Shown one piece after another: positions 23,650 through 37,200 of a stretch of 52,110 bases of DNA. Each line of letters starts with the position of its first letter. Position 1 is the first letter of the stretch. Location: positions 15,218 through 67,327 of the forward strand of contig MQRK01218639.1 of the NCBI GenBank assembly GCA_001938485.1, in the 5' to 3' direction. This DNA comes from Girardia tigrina. Lineage: Eukaryota. A program made the translations under genes and the position numbers. Below the pieces are notes generated by a model. The model was not told the DNA's origin. It worked only from the letters and a program-made list of their open reading frames with translations, and searched no databases.

Positions 23650-26600
23650 TGAACCAATTGGCCACTCATGCCCTCCCTATGCACCCGGTATTGTCCATTC
23701 AAACACCACCACAAGATCATCCCGCAGCAATTGTACACCAACCTCAACCGATCGACGACATTGCTACACTCACCGCGTGGATAGCTTTCCTTGAGGCGAG
23801 ACCTAACAGCTCCTAGGGTGCTGAGCGACGACAATCACGGCCTCCACCAACCGCTACGAGAACTCATGACACACAATGTTATTTCCACCGCAGATTCGGC
23901 ACGCTAGCTAAAAAATGCCAACCGGGATGTACATTTCCTTGTGTTCGCGATCAACTAACGGCACATGCATTTGGCACTCACAATTCGGCACGGCAGCGAC
24001 CCGTAGTGCCCCTGGTTGCCATCTGAACAAAGAAAAAACTGAGACCGCCACTCACTCGTGCAGCCGATGAGACTCAACATGGCAATTGCTGCAGCGTTTT
24101 TACATCAGAGGCATAAATCCACAACAATCAACGCACCTTAGCATCTTTTTTAGTCGACACTGGTTCGGCTGTTTCAATTTGGCCACAAAAATTCGTATTA
24201 CACCTCACAGAGAACGCCAGGTAGCTCACAGCAGCCAATGGTAAAGCAGTCCGTACTTACGGCACCATTACTTTAACCTTCTCACTGACGCAGGTGCAGC
24301 GATCTTTCCAATGGAAGTTCACAGTAGCAGATGTATTTCAGCCTATTATGGGGGCCGACTTCCTGGAACATTTCGACATCTTAGCAGATTGCAGGTTGCA
24401 CCAACAACCGGAGACAGTTCTGAACACATATTCTCATGCGTTCTCGATCCATGAACAAAACATTTTGCAGCACATTTGTGGCAAGTTCCTAAAGCTGCTT
24501 CAAGCACCAAGCAATTACAGCACAACTTGCGTGTCGACCCACGTCATAGCAACGACCGACTACTCACCAGTCCACCAGCGAAGACGGGAATTGTCACAAA
24601 TCATTGGTGTCCTGGCAGCTGAAGAGTTCAAACAGCTTGAAGAGGCCGGAATAATCAGACGCTCCTCTTCCCCATGGGCAGCACCCCTACAAATCATCAA
24701 GAAGAAGGACGGAACCTTGCGAATATGTAGTGGCTACAGAAGACTCAACAAAGTGACCATTCCAGACTCATACCCAATGCCGCTCATTACCGATCTTCTT
24801 CAGTGGTTCACAGGATCTGCCGTCTTCTCATCTCTTGATTTGCGCAAAGCGTACCATCAGATTACCATGGAGACACTCTCAATTCAGAAGATGGCTGTCA
24901 CAACACCCTTCGGCTTGTTCGATTATGTGCGCATGCCCTTCGGGATACGGAACGCCTCACAAACTTTCCAGCGGCACATCAAAATGGTACTCAATGGACT
25001 CCCGAATGTAGTCGCGTACGTCGACGACATCATCATCGCGTCGCCGAATCACGAGTAACGCAAAACACATATCACCGCGACACTTGTAAGATTGAGCGAA
25101 CACAACCTACAGGTAAAGCTGCCGAAATGTCACTTTTTCCGACAACAAGTTGAATTCCTTGGTCACGTGTTATCCGATAAAGGTGTACTACTATTGGAGA
25201 GCCGTGTCAAAGCTATCAGAGATTTTCCTCGACCAGTAATAGTCACGTCACTGAGAAGCTTCTTGGGGATGATCAATTTCTGTAGACGGTTCATACCGCA
25301 CATTTCCAACATACTAGCACTTCTTACGGTCCTTTCTTCCGGACAGAAAGGCTCAGAAAACACCTGGACAACCGAGTCAGAACAGGCGTTTTGTCAAGCC
25401 AAAGACGCCTTACAAAAAATCAAATCCCTGCATTTCCCGGACAACAACTTACCACTCACATTGACAACAGAAGCTTCCAACACGGCGATAGACGCAGTCT
25501 TGATGCAGGTCCATAATGCACATTCCGAACCCATAGAATTCTTTTCTCACAAGCTGTCACCGGCTCAGACAAGATGTTCCGCTTTCGATCGGGAACTGTT
25601 AGGCCTTTACATGTCGATCAAACATTTCGAACATGTCCAGATCGCCAAATCGGCAGTCGTTTACATGGACCACAAACCGCTCCTGCATTATCTGACCATA
25701 AAATGTCTTTCCCCGCGGCAACAATATCACATGAGTTACCTGTCACAATTTAACATCGAATTACGCTATATCAGAGGAGCCGAAAACGTTGCCACAGACT
25801 GTTTGTCCCGTGTAGACATAGCAAGTCTTAATTTCGAACCCCTCCTTACCACTGAGACCCTAGCGCAACACCCGCCCACCCAAAAAGATCTCAACTCTTT
25901 CTCCAATCCACCGGTCTCCAAAGGGAACATATTCTTTGACACTTCGCTCACTGGACCACACTATTCCGATCCAGACGTCGTCCAGCAAGCTACAGAAAAC
26001 AAACCCAAACACTTACATAGCACACATAACACTGCAAAATCATCATCTGTACTATACCACATTTATTGTATATTTTTTTGTATATATATATATATATTTT
26101 TTTTTTGTGGTCTTCCGCTCTCCCACCCATCGGCAGTTACACTCAGCGACAACTCTCAATGCTCACTCTCAACACTTTGCGGCATCCACGACGTGCTCCA
26201 TACTTCCTATGGGGGGGGGCTGATGTGGTGTTCAAAAAAAACACGAAACCAAATTACAAAAATCAATTTAAATAAAAAATTCAACAAATTAAATGAATAA
26301 ACAAAAATAATGTCTTTGTTCAACTGAAGTAAATTGGCGAACAAAATAAATTCCGGAATCAATCATGACACAAACCAGAATTACAGTCAGTGACATCAAC
26401 AAACTCTCAATCATCAACTCAAATATGCCCAGACTATACGCGAGGATCCATCTCAATGATTATACCGATAGACGTCTCTATCCTATCGATTTGGGTCATG
26501 TTTTCGTGTTATGTGTCAATATATTTTATGTTCAATCTATTTCTATTTTCTTCTAGTTCCAACGACGGAAGTTGGTGGTGCAAATTGCACTCGAAAAAAT
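23650..26600 (+). mobile_element. Ty3/Gypsy retrotransposon: gag end, protease, RT, RNase H; integrase deleted; PPT and probable 3' LTR
   Basis: FLVDTGSAVS, SSSPWAAPL, FSSLDLRKAYHQI, RMPFGIRNASQTFQR, AYVDDIII, FDRELL..DHKPL..GAENVATDCLSR; stop at 25056; G-tract ~26211-26219 followed by tgatgtggtg. Confidence 0.9.
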
Positions 26601-26853
26601 ATTAAATTAAAATTAATAACATAAAAATATTAATAATATAATAATGTATCTGTTTTTCAAACACTAGCTGTAACCACCACTTAATTAATTCTATTGTAGT
26701 GACGAAGTGAGCAAGGAAAAAAGAAACTTAATCAAAAATGTATATTTATATAGAATTTAAATGTAAATATAAATATATTCTTTTTAGGTGAGATCAATAT
26801 TTATTCAAATTTATTTCACAAAACAATTTACGTAAATAAATGTTTCCCTAAAA

Positions 26854-27199
26854 ATGGTGAGATTAAATTTGAATTAAAAAAATTTACTATTTATGTAACA
26901 AAAATATAAAAATAATTTTATAATAATTTCAGAAATTTTTGATTGTTTTTATGATATTTTGTTCTTTTCTTCTTGAAGAACAACAAATGGTTACAGCTTG
27001 TTGGTGTAAGTGAAAATTGTTTCCATTACATACAAATTACTTAAATAAAAATTACTTAGGTTCTAAAAAAGGGTATAGAGTGACGGTAGAAAAAAGAGGA
27101 GTGATTTACATATATTGTTTTGAATGCTGCTCGAAAAAATGTGCTCCACCTACAGGTGAATGGGATTACTATGGATTGCCAGTTAGGACATGTGATTAG
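26854..27199 (+). CDS. Three-exon secreted Cys-rich (knottin-like) peptide, paralogue 3, 71 aa
   Basis: Exons 26854-26856, 26933-27005, 27060-27199; introns GTGAGA..CAG (76 bp) and GTAAGT..TAG (54 bp). Product MKFLIVFMIFCSFLLEEQQMVTACWCSKKGYRVTVEKRGVIYIYCFECCSKKCAPPTGEWDYYGLPVRTCD. Confidence 0.85.
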
Positions 27200-27291
27200 T
27201 TCTAGTCAAAATTATGATATTGTTGAAAATAATATTCTTTTAGTAAAAATACAATATAGTAAATTTTATTATTATTATTATTATTATTATA

Positions 27292-28327
27292 TAGTAGCGT
27301 GAAAAAGTCTGTCAGCAAAGAAAATCACAATTTTCCAAATATTGAATTTTGAATATATAAATATATAAACATTCAATTTTCAAATTGTAACCCGTGCAAA
27401 AGTCTGTGGACAATTCAAAATTTAATTAAAAAACGAATATTTTTAACAAAAATTGATAGAACTTGTAAATTTTATTAATATTTTGTAGATAACCTTTCGA
27501 AGCTAAAAGTGCTTTACAACGATCAGGCAGTCGACTAATTTGTTAATCACATACAAAGGAATGATGCTCCAAATATCTTGAAATTTTTCGTAAAGCTCGT
27601 TCTTATTTTTGGGCTTATTGCCTGACAATCAATGTATTCCAAAATATGCTCAATATGATTTAAGTCCGGACTTTGCGATGGCCACCTCAAAATACGAATA
27701 TTATTGGCTTTTTAAAAATTCTGTACTGCTTTGGCCGTGTGCCTTGGTTCATTATCCTGTTGAAATACCCAACCTTGGAACATTTAATCTTTTGCAAAAG
27801 GTAACATTTTATTACCGATAATATCATTGTACATAGATTGATCCATTATGCCGTCTATGCGATGTATTGGACCAACCATCTAAAGGCTAAAGGTACCCCA
27901 AACCAACACATTACCACCTTCATGTTTGACCGTAGGTAGCTGATATTTTTGATCATATCTTTTACCAAAAGGTCGTCTTACATACTAAATTTCATCACTG
28001 TCGAAGACCGTAAACTTTGATTCATCAGAAAAAAGAACCAATTTTGACCAATTGTGAACGTCCAGTTAAGATTTTCTTTAAATGAGACTACGGACTGCAG
28101 ACTTCTAACATTATAAAGCGATATAATTTCAATATAAAATTTTATTCGCTATAAGATAAGCTCTAACAATCAATATATTGATATCTTCTGACATTTCCGG
28201 GCCTGAGGTCATCCTAAATATAACTTTCTTTGAATAATACTTAAAATTAATACTTAAATTTAATTAGCAGTTACTTTATTTAAACAATGAATTTTATGAA
28301 TTTTCCACACACTTTTACACGCTACTG
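27292..28327 (-). mobile_element. Tc1-family (DD34E-type) transposon, degraded
   Basis: Imperfect TIRs (t/c)agtagcgtg(a/t)aaaagt(c/g)tgt with TA flanks; minus-strand FSDESKF, TVKHEGG, FQQDNEPRHT, WPSQSPDLNHIE. Confidence 0.9.
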
Positions 28328-28742
28328 TAGTTATAATATTTCAAAATAAAAATATATAAATTTACAAAAAAACATTACGGTTTAATAATAAACCGTTTTT
28401 AGGACTTGTAATTCACAAATCTCTAATAAAGATATTTACTTGAAACAACGTAATAAAACTCATTTTGGAAAGAAAAGGGTCGTTACGCTTTATCGAAAAA
28501 TAAATATCGAAAAAAATATATATAACAAATTTAAGTTATATTTATTATATACAATCACCATCCCTTCATTGCACGCATTAAGCACATTTGGAACACTGAT
28601 GCATATTTACAGACTCTCTGTAAAACACTCGTAGAATCCATGTCATATAGACTACAGGCTTGTATTCGCAATCGTGGTGCTGCGGTACACAATTACGGAT
28701 TATGTCTTTCTTCTGTTTACAGCTTTCTGTTTCTTCTATATA

Positions 28743-29848
28743 CAGGGTGCGGCAGCTATTTGAGAACACGTAATATAGACACCATATCTTTTTGTGTGTT
28801 ATAATTACATAATTTTATTTTTGCTGGTAGACATGGCAGAAGCTACTCTTACGNNNNNNNNNNNNNNNNNNNNNNNNNNNNNNNNNNNNNNNNNNNNNNN
28901 NNNNNNNNNNNNNNNNNNNNNNNNNNNNNNNNNNNNNNNNNNNNNNNNNNNNNNNNNNNNNNNNNNNNNNNNNNNNNNNNNNNNNNNNNNNNNNNNNNNN
29001 NNNNNNNNNNNNNNNNNNNNNNNNNNNNNNNNNNNNNNNNNNNNNNNNNNNNNNNNNNNNNNNNNNNNNNNNNNNNNNNNNNNNNNNNNNNNNNNNNNNN
29101 NNNNNNNNNNNNNNNNNNNNNNNNNNNNNNNNNNNNNNNNNNNNNNNNNNNNNNNNNNNNNNNNNNNNNNNNNNNNNNNNNNNNNNNNNNNNNNNNNNNN
29201 NNNNNNNNNNNNNNNNNNNNNNNNNNNNNNNNNNNNNNNNNNNNNNNNNNNNNNNNNNNNNNNNNNNNNNNNNNNNNNNNNNNNNNNNNNNNNNNNNNNN
29301 NNNNNNNNNNNNNNNNNNNNNNNNNNNNGCAGGTGCTAGGGTGAATGCAGTTGGTTACATAGAGGTGCTACGCACGGTTGTTAAGCCTTGGATCGCTACT
29401 GTAGCAGGTACGAGGCCGTATGTTTTCCAACAAGACTCAGCTCCATGCCATACAGTCAGAACAACCCAAGAATGGATGGTTGATAATTTCACGACCACGT
29501 GACACCTAATGTTTGGCCTCCTAGCCAACCAGATCTCAATCCTTTGGACTTTTACGTGTGGGGCGTAGTTGAGAGGGACTCCAATAGTCATTCCCACAAC
29601 ACCATTACAGCTCTCAAATCTGCTATAGTGGATGCAATGGCAAACNNNNNNNNNNNNNNNNNNNNNNNNNNNNNNNNNNNNNNNNNNNNNNNNNNNNNNN
29701 NNNNNNNNNNNNNNNNNNNNNNNNNNNNNNNNNNNNNNTACGTGTTAATATATGTAAAATTTTAAATTGTAATAAATGTTATTTTTCTGTTGTATATTCA
29801 TTTTTTGAACTTTATGTCATTTTGTTCTCAAATAGCTGCCGCACCCTG
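28743..29848 (+). mobile_element. maT/DD37D-type transposon with N gaps
   Basis: TIR CAGGGTGCGGCAGCTATTTGAGAAC and its reverse complement, TA TSD; FQQDSAPCH...WPPSQPDLNPLDF (about 37 aa spacing after correcting one frameshift). Confidence 0.85.
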
Positions 29849-30726
29849 TATAGTACTTTTTCAGTAATAAGCATGCATTTTAATCACCGGTCTTAGTAAT
29901 ATGAAACCCATTGCACATTAAACTATGAATAATATTACAATTGATAGGAGTGAATTACCATTAGACAAGAATATTGAAATAATAATTCACAACTTATTTC
30001 AGACAATGAAAATAAGTAAATCAACACATCAATTGAATATGAACAGATATACACTTCAATTAAAGAAGGGCTTTATATTTCTAATTTTATTGATGAGAAG
30101 TTTTAAAGTGAAGAAGATACACCCCTTTGAATTCAGACGATGAGGATGATATGAATAAACTTGATGATCATTAAGAATTGTTATTTTATTTTAATAAAAG
30201 TTGTTTACGTGTTTTTTTTAAATAAGTCCAGATGAGAAGCTGAGCGAATTCAGAAAACATTATATTTTAATTATATTATAATGTGACAATCCCAGTTGGT
30301 GAATATATTCAATCTGTTTCAGATCAATTTCAAACCAATCTCCGACGACGGTATTATTTGGATACGAATCAGTTGTCATTATCATTAACACTATTTACCT
30401 AATTGTGTTTTTAATCTAAATTTTTACTGTTTCGATTAAACATTCGCTGTTTAAACCTATTTGTTCTAATTTTATATTAATTTAGAATTTCAGTTATAAG
30501 TAAAAATAACGATATTATCACTCATCTTAAAGCGGGGTTAATATTGTTATTTTTACAGCTAAAGAAGCATTATTTTAGAAGTTTCTATACATAAAAATTA
30601 TCATTACTACTACATTTTACTATATTAAAAACATAATAAATAAAATAAATGTTATAAGATATCGCAATACCAAAAATGTGTCAATTTTGATTACAATTTA
30701 AATTTGCGTTTTTGGTCCATTTATTA

Positions 30727-32006
30727 TTAGGTGTATAACTTAGTTTTTTGGATTTTCTAAGAGATGGTGTAACCTTTGTAATAAGCATTATTTTACAGTC
30801 GTACGTACAGATTTTTAAGGTGCTGAAATCGAGGTATTAAAATTAAGTAGGTCATTGATCTCAAATGCGTCATAAACATATTTTTAATCACGTTTTAGCA
30901 TGAAAACTTTCATACCAACAAAACAGCATTTGCGGGAAGCACTACTGTTTTGCTTTAATCAAAAGAAAAAAGCTGCAGACAGTGTTCGGCTTCTTGAAGA
31001 AACTTATGGTCAACATGCACCAACTCAACAGACTTGCGAGAACTGGTATAAACGTTTCAAAAGTTGAGATTTCGACGTAAGTGACAAAGAGCGTTCCAAA
31101 GAGGTCAACCAAAAAGATTCGAAGATGAATATTTGGAATCATTACTGAAGGAAGATTCTACTCAAACAGAGAAAAAACTTGCAAAACAGTTAAATGTTAC
31201 TCAAGCAGCCATAAGTAAACGTCTACATGCTATGAAAATGATTCAAAAAGAAGGAAAATGGATACCACATGAATTGAATCAAACCAACATTGAAAGNNNN
31301 NNNNNNNNNNNNNNNNNNNNNNNNNNNNNNNNNNNNNNNNNNNNNNNNNNNNNNNNNNNNNNNNNNNNNNNNNNNNNNNNNNNNNNNNNNNNNNNNNNNN
31401 NNNNNNNNNNNNNNNNNNNNNNNNNNNNNNNNNNNNNNNNNNNACGTCAATAGCAAAAAGAAACATTCATGGAAGCAAGGTTATGTTGTGCATTTGGTGG
31501 GATCAGAAAGGTGTACTGTACTATGAGCTGCTGAATTCGAATGAAACTGTTAATGCAGAACGGTACCAACAACAGTTAATGAAATTGAACGATGCATTGA
31601 AGGAAAAACGTCCTATTCCAGCCAACAAATAGCACACAGTGATTTTGCTCCATGACAATGCTCGGCCACATGTCGCAAAATAAGTAAAAAACACGTTGGA
31701 AGCACTTAAGTGGGAAATTCTACCGCATGCTGCCTATTCACCAGATTGTGCCCCATCAGATTATCATCTGTTCCGATCAATGCAAAGCGCTCTTCGGGAA
31801 CCAGGAACATATAAAAAATGGCTGGAACAATGGATCGCATTAAAAGACCAAAACTTTTTTTGATGGAATTCATAATTTGCCTGAAAGATGGTCGAAAGTC
31901 ATAACTAACGAGGGAAAATATTTTGTTTGGAATAAAACTTATTATGTCATATAAATAAACTTGTCTGTTCTTCAAAAAAATCCAAAAAAATAAGTTATAC
32001 ACCTAA
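30727..32006 (+). mobile_element. Mariner (DD34D, Mos1/mauritiana-like) element, full length but inactivated
   Basis: TIR TTAGGTGTATAACTTA.TTTTTTGGATTTT, TA TSD; ATG 30900 MKTFIPTKQHLREALLFCF..., WIPHEL, HDNARPH, YSPDCAPSDY; stops and frameshift. Confidence 0.95.
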
Positions 32007-32149
32007 TATAAGTGATACATTAAAAAAAATAATAGTTAATAAGACATCAAATTATATAAACACCATCCATTAAATTGTCATGATACAATATAGCGGTACT
32101 ATGGCATGTATACAAAAGATGTGAATATTACAGATGCCCAGTAAAACTC

Positions 32150-32720
32150 AAGTAGTGGCGACTATCATCGATTTTATGATTGTCATAAGGATCACTTGTG
32201 TGACTTTTCAAACAAGTCCTAGAAGACTATATTCCAGTCATTAGCGCATCCAGTCTTCGCAGCAGCAAATGTTTCAAATGTTCCATTAAAACGTGTAAAT
32301 GTTACAAATGTCCTATTGTAAAGTTAAAAAAAAATCCATCAATTCAAACAGTTTTATTGAATAAAAATATACGTCAATATATTATCAAGGCTCAGGTCGA
32401 GTTAATAATTAAAACCTCCATGAGTTTCTGAAATATACAAAGAATAAAACCATGGAGGGTCTACAAGACAACATGGTTGAACTAAAGGCTTTTCAAGTAA
32501 ACCTTAAATCAGAGGCAACATATGCTAATGTTGATTACAAAATTTTACATAGAACCTTCAAGACAAAGAATAGACCAATATTGGAATCCGATACCAATAT
32601 GGATTGACTCAATGAAAAACATGTCAAAATAATTAAGAAAACTGATGAAAGCAGGAAAAGATGAGTGGCTGGACTCTTGCATCCGTAAATCAATTGATTA
32701 TCCATGTTCAAAAATACTCC
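32150..32720 (+). pseudogene. Polinton pPolB N-terminal fragment
   Basis: RTFKTKNRPILES... and EKMSGWTLASVNQLIIHVQKY match the FKTKN...SGW motifs of Polinton polymerase N-termini. Confidence 0.55.
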
Positions 32721-32976
32721 TCGATGAGAAGCAGCTCCTATATATATCCGCTAAATACAAACTGACTATGAAAGACTACGAGAGATTATATGGTAAACGT
32801 AAACCTCATATGATGATGGTCTATTTAATTATTCAAATTTCAATTTGTTACAAATTTTTTATCTTAAAAAGGAAAAAATGGCAAACAATCCTTCATTTTT
32901 ACAGTATACAATGAATAATACTAACTCATTTAATAATACAATAAAATAATTAAATTCATTTTATAAAGTTGCTGTT

Positions 32977-33462
32977 TTGGATAAAGCTTTAAGTTTAAAA
33001 TTAGACAATCCTAAAATGACAAAGAAAGAGGTTGCAAGTAATTTACATATTTCTGAACGAACGTTACAAAGATATTCTGCTGATGTTAATGAAGAGATGT
33101 TTAAAAAACGTAAACAAACAGTTTTTTATAATTCAACTAAGTGTGATCATTGTGATTTTATATCAAGAAATACATCAGGATTATCAGCACATACAAGAAA
33201 AAAACATGTAAATGAGTATTTATCGAGTAGACAAAAAGTCAATGCGTATCAGACAAAAATGTCTGAAAACGATCTACATGATATCTACTCAGATACGTAA
33301 AACAAGTGCATTTCTTGTCCTTTTGTAGCAAAGAATAAGGGTGGATTATCTTCTCGTATAAGGAGTAAACATTCAAATATAGGTGGAAGTGATATACCTA
33401 AAGCAGTTGAAACAACTGATGATGATGAAGTTAAAAGTTTACTAGATGAAGCTACTTTCTAA
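32977..33462 (+). pseudogene. HTH + C2H2 zinc-finger protein of Polinton block C
   Basis: MTKKEVASNLHISERTLQRY (HTH), CDHCDFISRNTSGLSAHTRKKH, and a second degenerate finger CISCPFVAKNKGGLSS after a frameshift. Confidence 0.6.
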
Positions 33463-34043
33463 ATTTTAAATTTTAAATTTAAATTTAAAAAAATGGAAAT
33501 TGACTTGTTCAATCTTGCTAAAAAAGATACAGAATTAAACGAATTGATATCTTTGAAAATAGGTGAATATAATAGTTATAGTTATAGCACGAAAGAGGAA
33601 ATTGGAAAAGGTTTTTAATTGATGCAGTTCTTTGTCGGGATGTTATATCAAAATAAACAAATACTATTTTATATATGGATAAAGAAATAGACATTTTAGA
33701 AGAGGAAATTCTTAAAATGAAAGACTTAATTTCCAGACCAGATAAAGAAAAAATAGAAAGTGTTTCAAATTTAAAAAGACAAGAAGTACTAATAGTAAAT
33801 GATAATGCAGCAAGAACGAAATTATTTAACCAAATGAAAAAAGCTGGCCATGTGTATGGAAAACAGATAAAAAATTAACCAAGTGACTATCAAACAAATT
33901 AAGACAATAGATATCATTTTAAAGAAGAACACATCATTCTTTAATTAAGTTGAATATTTACTGAAAATAGTTAACAGTTTATTGAACTCAGCCATCAATT
34001 GATTAAAATCCATTTTTAAGATGAAAATTTTACACCTTAAAAA

Positions 34044-34780
34044 ATGGATTTCGATCCAGTTTTTAAAATGAATAAACTAAACGTTACACATCATCCAAAT
34101 CTACCAAAATGTTTTAGAATGTTAATTGTTGGATCTTCAGGATGTGGAAAAACAAATTTACTCTTAAGAATGTTATTAACAGATAATTTAATCATTTTCA
34201 GTAAAAGATTATCACAACCTGAATATCAAATTATTCTGTATTTATTTGAGAATAACCTATCCAAGGAATCGATAAGATATATCTTTATCAATCAAGAAAC
34301 TTTATTTTCGAATGATGAAAGCATAATAGAAGTTGTTGAACAATATGTTTTAAAACATCCTGAAGTTAACAACATCAATGTCAAATTTTATGACAAAGTA
34401 AATGATGTTATTCCACCTGAAAAGTTAACTAAGAAAAAGAATTTAATCGTGTTCGATGATTGTATAAATGAAAAGAATCAAAACATCATGGAGAAATATT
34501 TTACTCGATGAAGGCATCAAAATGTAAATGTTATTTATTTATCACAATCCTGGTTTGATTTAGATAAAAGAAGTATAAGAGTTAATTCTAATTATATTGT
34601 TTTATTTAAATTAACTAAAAGAGATAAGAGTTTAATTTATTCAGATTTATTAAGTAATGAAATTGCACAAGATGAATTTATTGATTTAACAAAATTCTGG
34701 AATGAAAGATATGGATATCTTGCTTTTAATAGAGAGGGAGATTTAATAATTCGAAATGATATTTTAAGTATTAAAAAAAT
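34044..34780 (+). pseudogene. A32-like packaging ATPase with one internal stop
   Basis: MLIVGSSGCGKT, LIVFDDC, FTR*RHQNVNVIYLSQSWF..IRVNSNYIVLFK. Confidence 0.9.
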
Positions 34781-35600
34781 GGTGTTTGAAGAAAGAATAG
34801 CATATTTAAAAAAAAATAATAAAAGAACAAGATGAACTAAAAAAATATGTCATAGATTTAGCAAACTAACATTTGGGTTTAGTTAATACAGTTTTTGAGA
34901 TGGAAGCAATTAAAGCAGATGCAAATAAGCAATTTATAGAAATTGATGTTAAAGAGCGATTTTCAACTTTTGACTTGTCACTTGAAGACGTTCACCGAAG
35001 TATTATGGGAACTACTTTAGAGCCAATTTTTACTAGACATCATCCACGTAATACCGTGACAATAAATAAGGTGAAATTCTTTTTAGTTGAGAAAGATAGT
35101 GAACAGATTATGCATCATGTTAATGACTTTGATCAGCCTAATAAGAAAGCATGGTTCTATACTGACCAATTACACCGTTTAATATTTGGAGAAGGTGATG
35201 GAAGTGAAGATAAAAAGATTAGAAAACAATAACTAGATATTTTAAATGAAGCAAAGGAAAGACTAACAAGGAAAGTTTAACAAGGAAAGACTACTGCATA
35301 TTATAAAATGATTCGTGGTGAAGGTGATAATAAAATCGAAGGACATTGTTATGATATTGATGAACTATTCGAGGATGACGTATCGAAATATCATGATATA
35401 TCCGAGGATAATATAAACATTCATTATCTATCTGATAATCCCATATTATTATTTATCGAATTAATGAAACTGTTAGCGGTAAAGAAAGCAGGACATGATA
35501 ATACCTTTAATCAAGGTAATGCAATTTTAAAAAGATTATTAGAAACAAATATTATAAACATTAAAAAATATAAACGATTTTAGATAAATATTATTAATAT
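34780..35600 (+). pseudogene. PZ-like Polinton protein, fragmented
   Basis: YLSDNPILLFIELMKLLAVKKAGHDN, homologous to 17238-17522. Confidence 0.6.
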
Positions 35601-35629
35601 AAAATGTAAGATTTAATAAAAAAAAACTA

Positions 35630-36338
35630 ATAACTCTAAATTCAACTAAATTTTCAAGAACAATAAAAGCCTCATCAGATAAATCAGATTTTAGAATTAA
35701 TCTCCCCACTCCTTTAGTTCTAGATAAAGAACTAAATTATGAACTAGGATTATTGTGGTTTTCTACCTATAATACGATTTATAATATCACTAAAGAAAAT
35801 AATTTTTTAGATATTCAACAGATACTAAAACTTTTCGTGAGATTAAACTAGATCCTGGTGCTTATGAAATAGAAAAAATAAACAGTGAAATACAAAAACA
35901 TTTCCCAGACATATCCATCTCACCACAAATTTCTATTGGAAAAGTTATAATACAAACTCTCCAGGACATGTTAATTGATTTTACACATGAAAATAGTTTA
36001 CATAAACTCTTAGAATTTGAAAAGAAAATATATAAAAGTCAATTTAATAGATCGGAGAATCTTGCCAAAATAACTCATATCCTGGATATAAATATTGAGT
36101 GTGATTTGGTAAATGGTAATTATTTAAATGGGAATTCCGATAACATCTTATATTCTTTTCCAGCAATTCCGTTCATTTGGGTTGTAAAATTATCGAAAGA
36201 ATGAATCCTCCAAAATACTTGCCGATAACACGAAAAGTGATCAATGATATTCACATCAGAATTCTTGATCAAGATGGAAAGTTAATCAGTTTTAATAGTG
36301 AAAAGATTAATTTATATTTACATTTGAAACATGTTTAA
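35630..36338 (+). pseudogene. Polinton penton, frameshifted
   Basis: LVLDKELNYELGLLWFSTYNTIYNI...GAYEI...INIECDLVNGNY..ILYSFP...KYLPI..IHIRILDQDGKLISFNSEKINLYLHLK. Confidence 0.85.
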
Positions 36339-36379
36339 ATATAAATTATAAAAAATAGATTTACAAAACTTTTTTTATT

Positions 36380-36740
36380 AAAGTATGGGATTGATACATC
36401 AACAAATTTTGATTTAAAAAACATAGTTAAAGATCTATGTTTAAATATTAAAGTTGTAATGAGAGATGAAGTTCTTAAGACGAACAAAGATGCAATAATT
36501 ATAAACTTAGATTCATCGGAACATAAAGGCAGTCATTGGGTTTGTTTATATAAAAAATACTATTTTTATCCTTATGGAATTCTACAAATAAAAGATGTGG
36601 AATATGAAATGTATAATACCTTAAAAAATCTAACCGGATAATACAAAAATCTGTCGACAATTATGTTTATATGTTTTATACCATCTTGTTCATGGTGAAG
36701 ATTTTAAAGATGTTATTCTAAATACTTTTGAAGAGATGAA
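36380..36740 (+). pseudogene. Adenain-like protease remnant
   Basis: GIDTSTNFDL...IINLDSSEHKGSHWV..YFYPYG. Confidence 0.8.
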
Positions 36741-36744
36741 TGAC

Positions 36745-37200
36745 TTATGTCCCATGAAACTCATTTAACATTAAAGCAATTTCATTTATTTTCTTTTCAT
36801 CAAGATGTTTATCATAAATAATTAAATCATATAAAAACCCTGCTCCATATCCTAAAGTGATTTGTTTATATGGATGTTCGTAATTTCTATAAATTGTTCT
36901 TATGTTTGTATTTGTCACTTTCACCTTTTTTATAAGGTGCTTTTCCATTTCTATAACAAGAGAATATTTTTTTACGAAATTCAAGAAGAACTGGTATAAC
37001 TTTAGGTGGAAATAAAACATTTATATCTGATAACGAAAACTTATCTTTAGTAGTACTATTTGAAAGATATACAAAATCCATATCAAACATTTCAAAAACT
37101 AAAAATATTGTACATGTTGGTTGAGATTGTTTGTAATATCTAATTTTTGTCTTGTTAATTGTCTTCCCAGAAAATATATATGTTTATCTTTACTTGATAG
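36745..37200 (-). pseudogene. LamG/concanavalin-like domain fragment (possible fibre head)
   Basis: C-terminal LYDLIIYDKHLDEKKINEIALMLNE resembles the LamG-3 terminal motif. Confidence 0.4.

Noticed and set aside
27017-27199. ORF-track 60-aa protein starting MFPLHTNY
   Set aside because: Its 5' part is intron 2; only 27060-27199 is the real exon.
28794-31526. ORFs containing long X runs
   Set aside because: Artefacts of N gaps.
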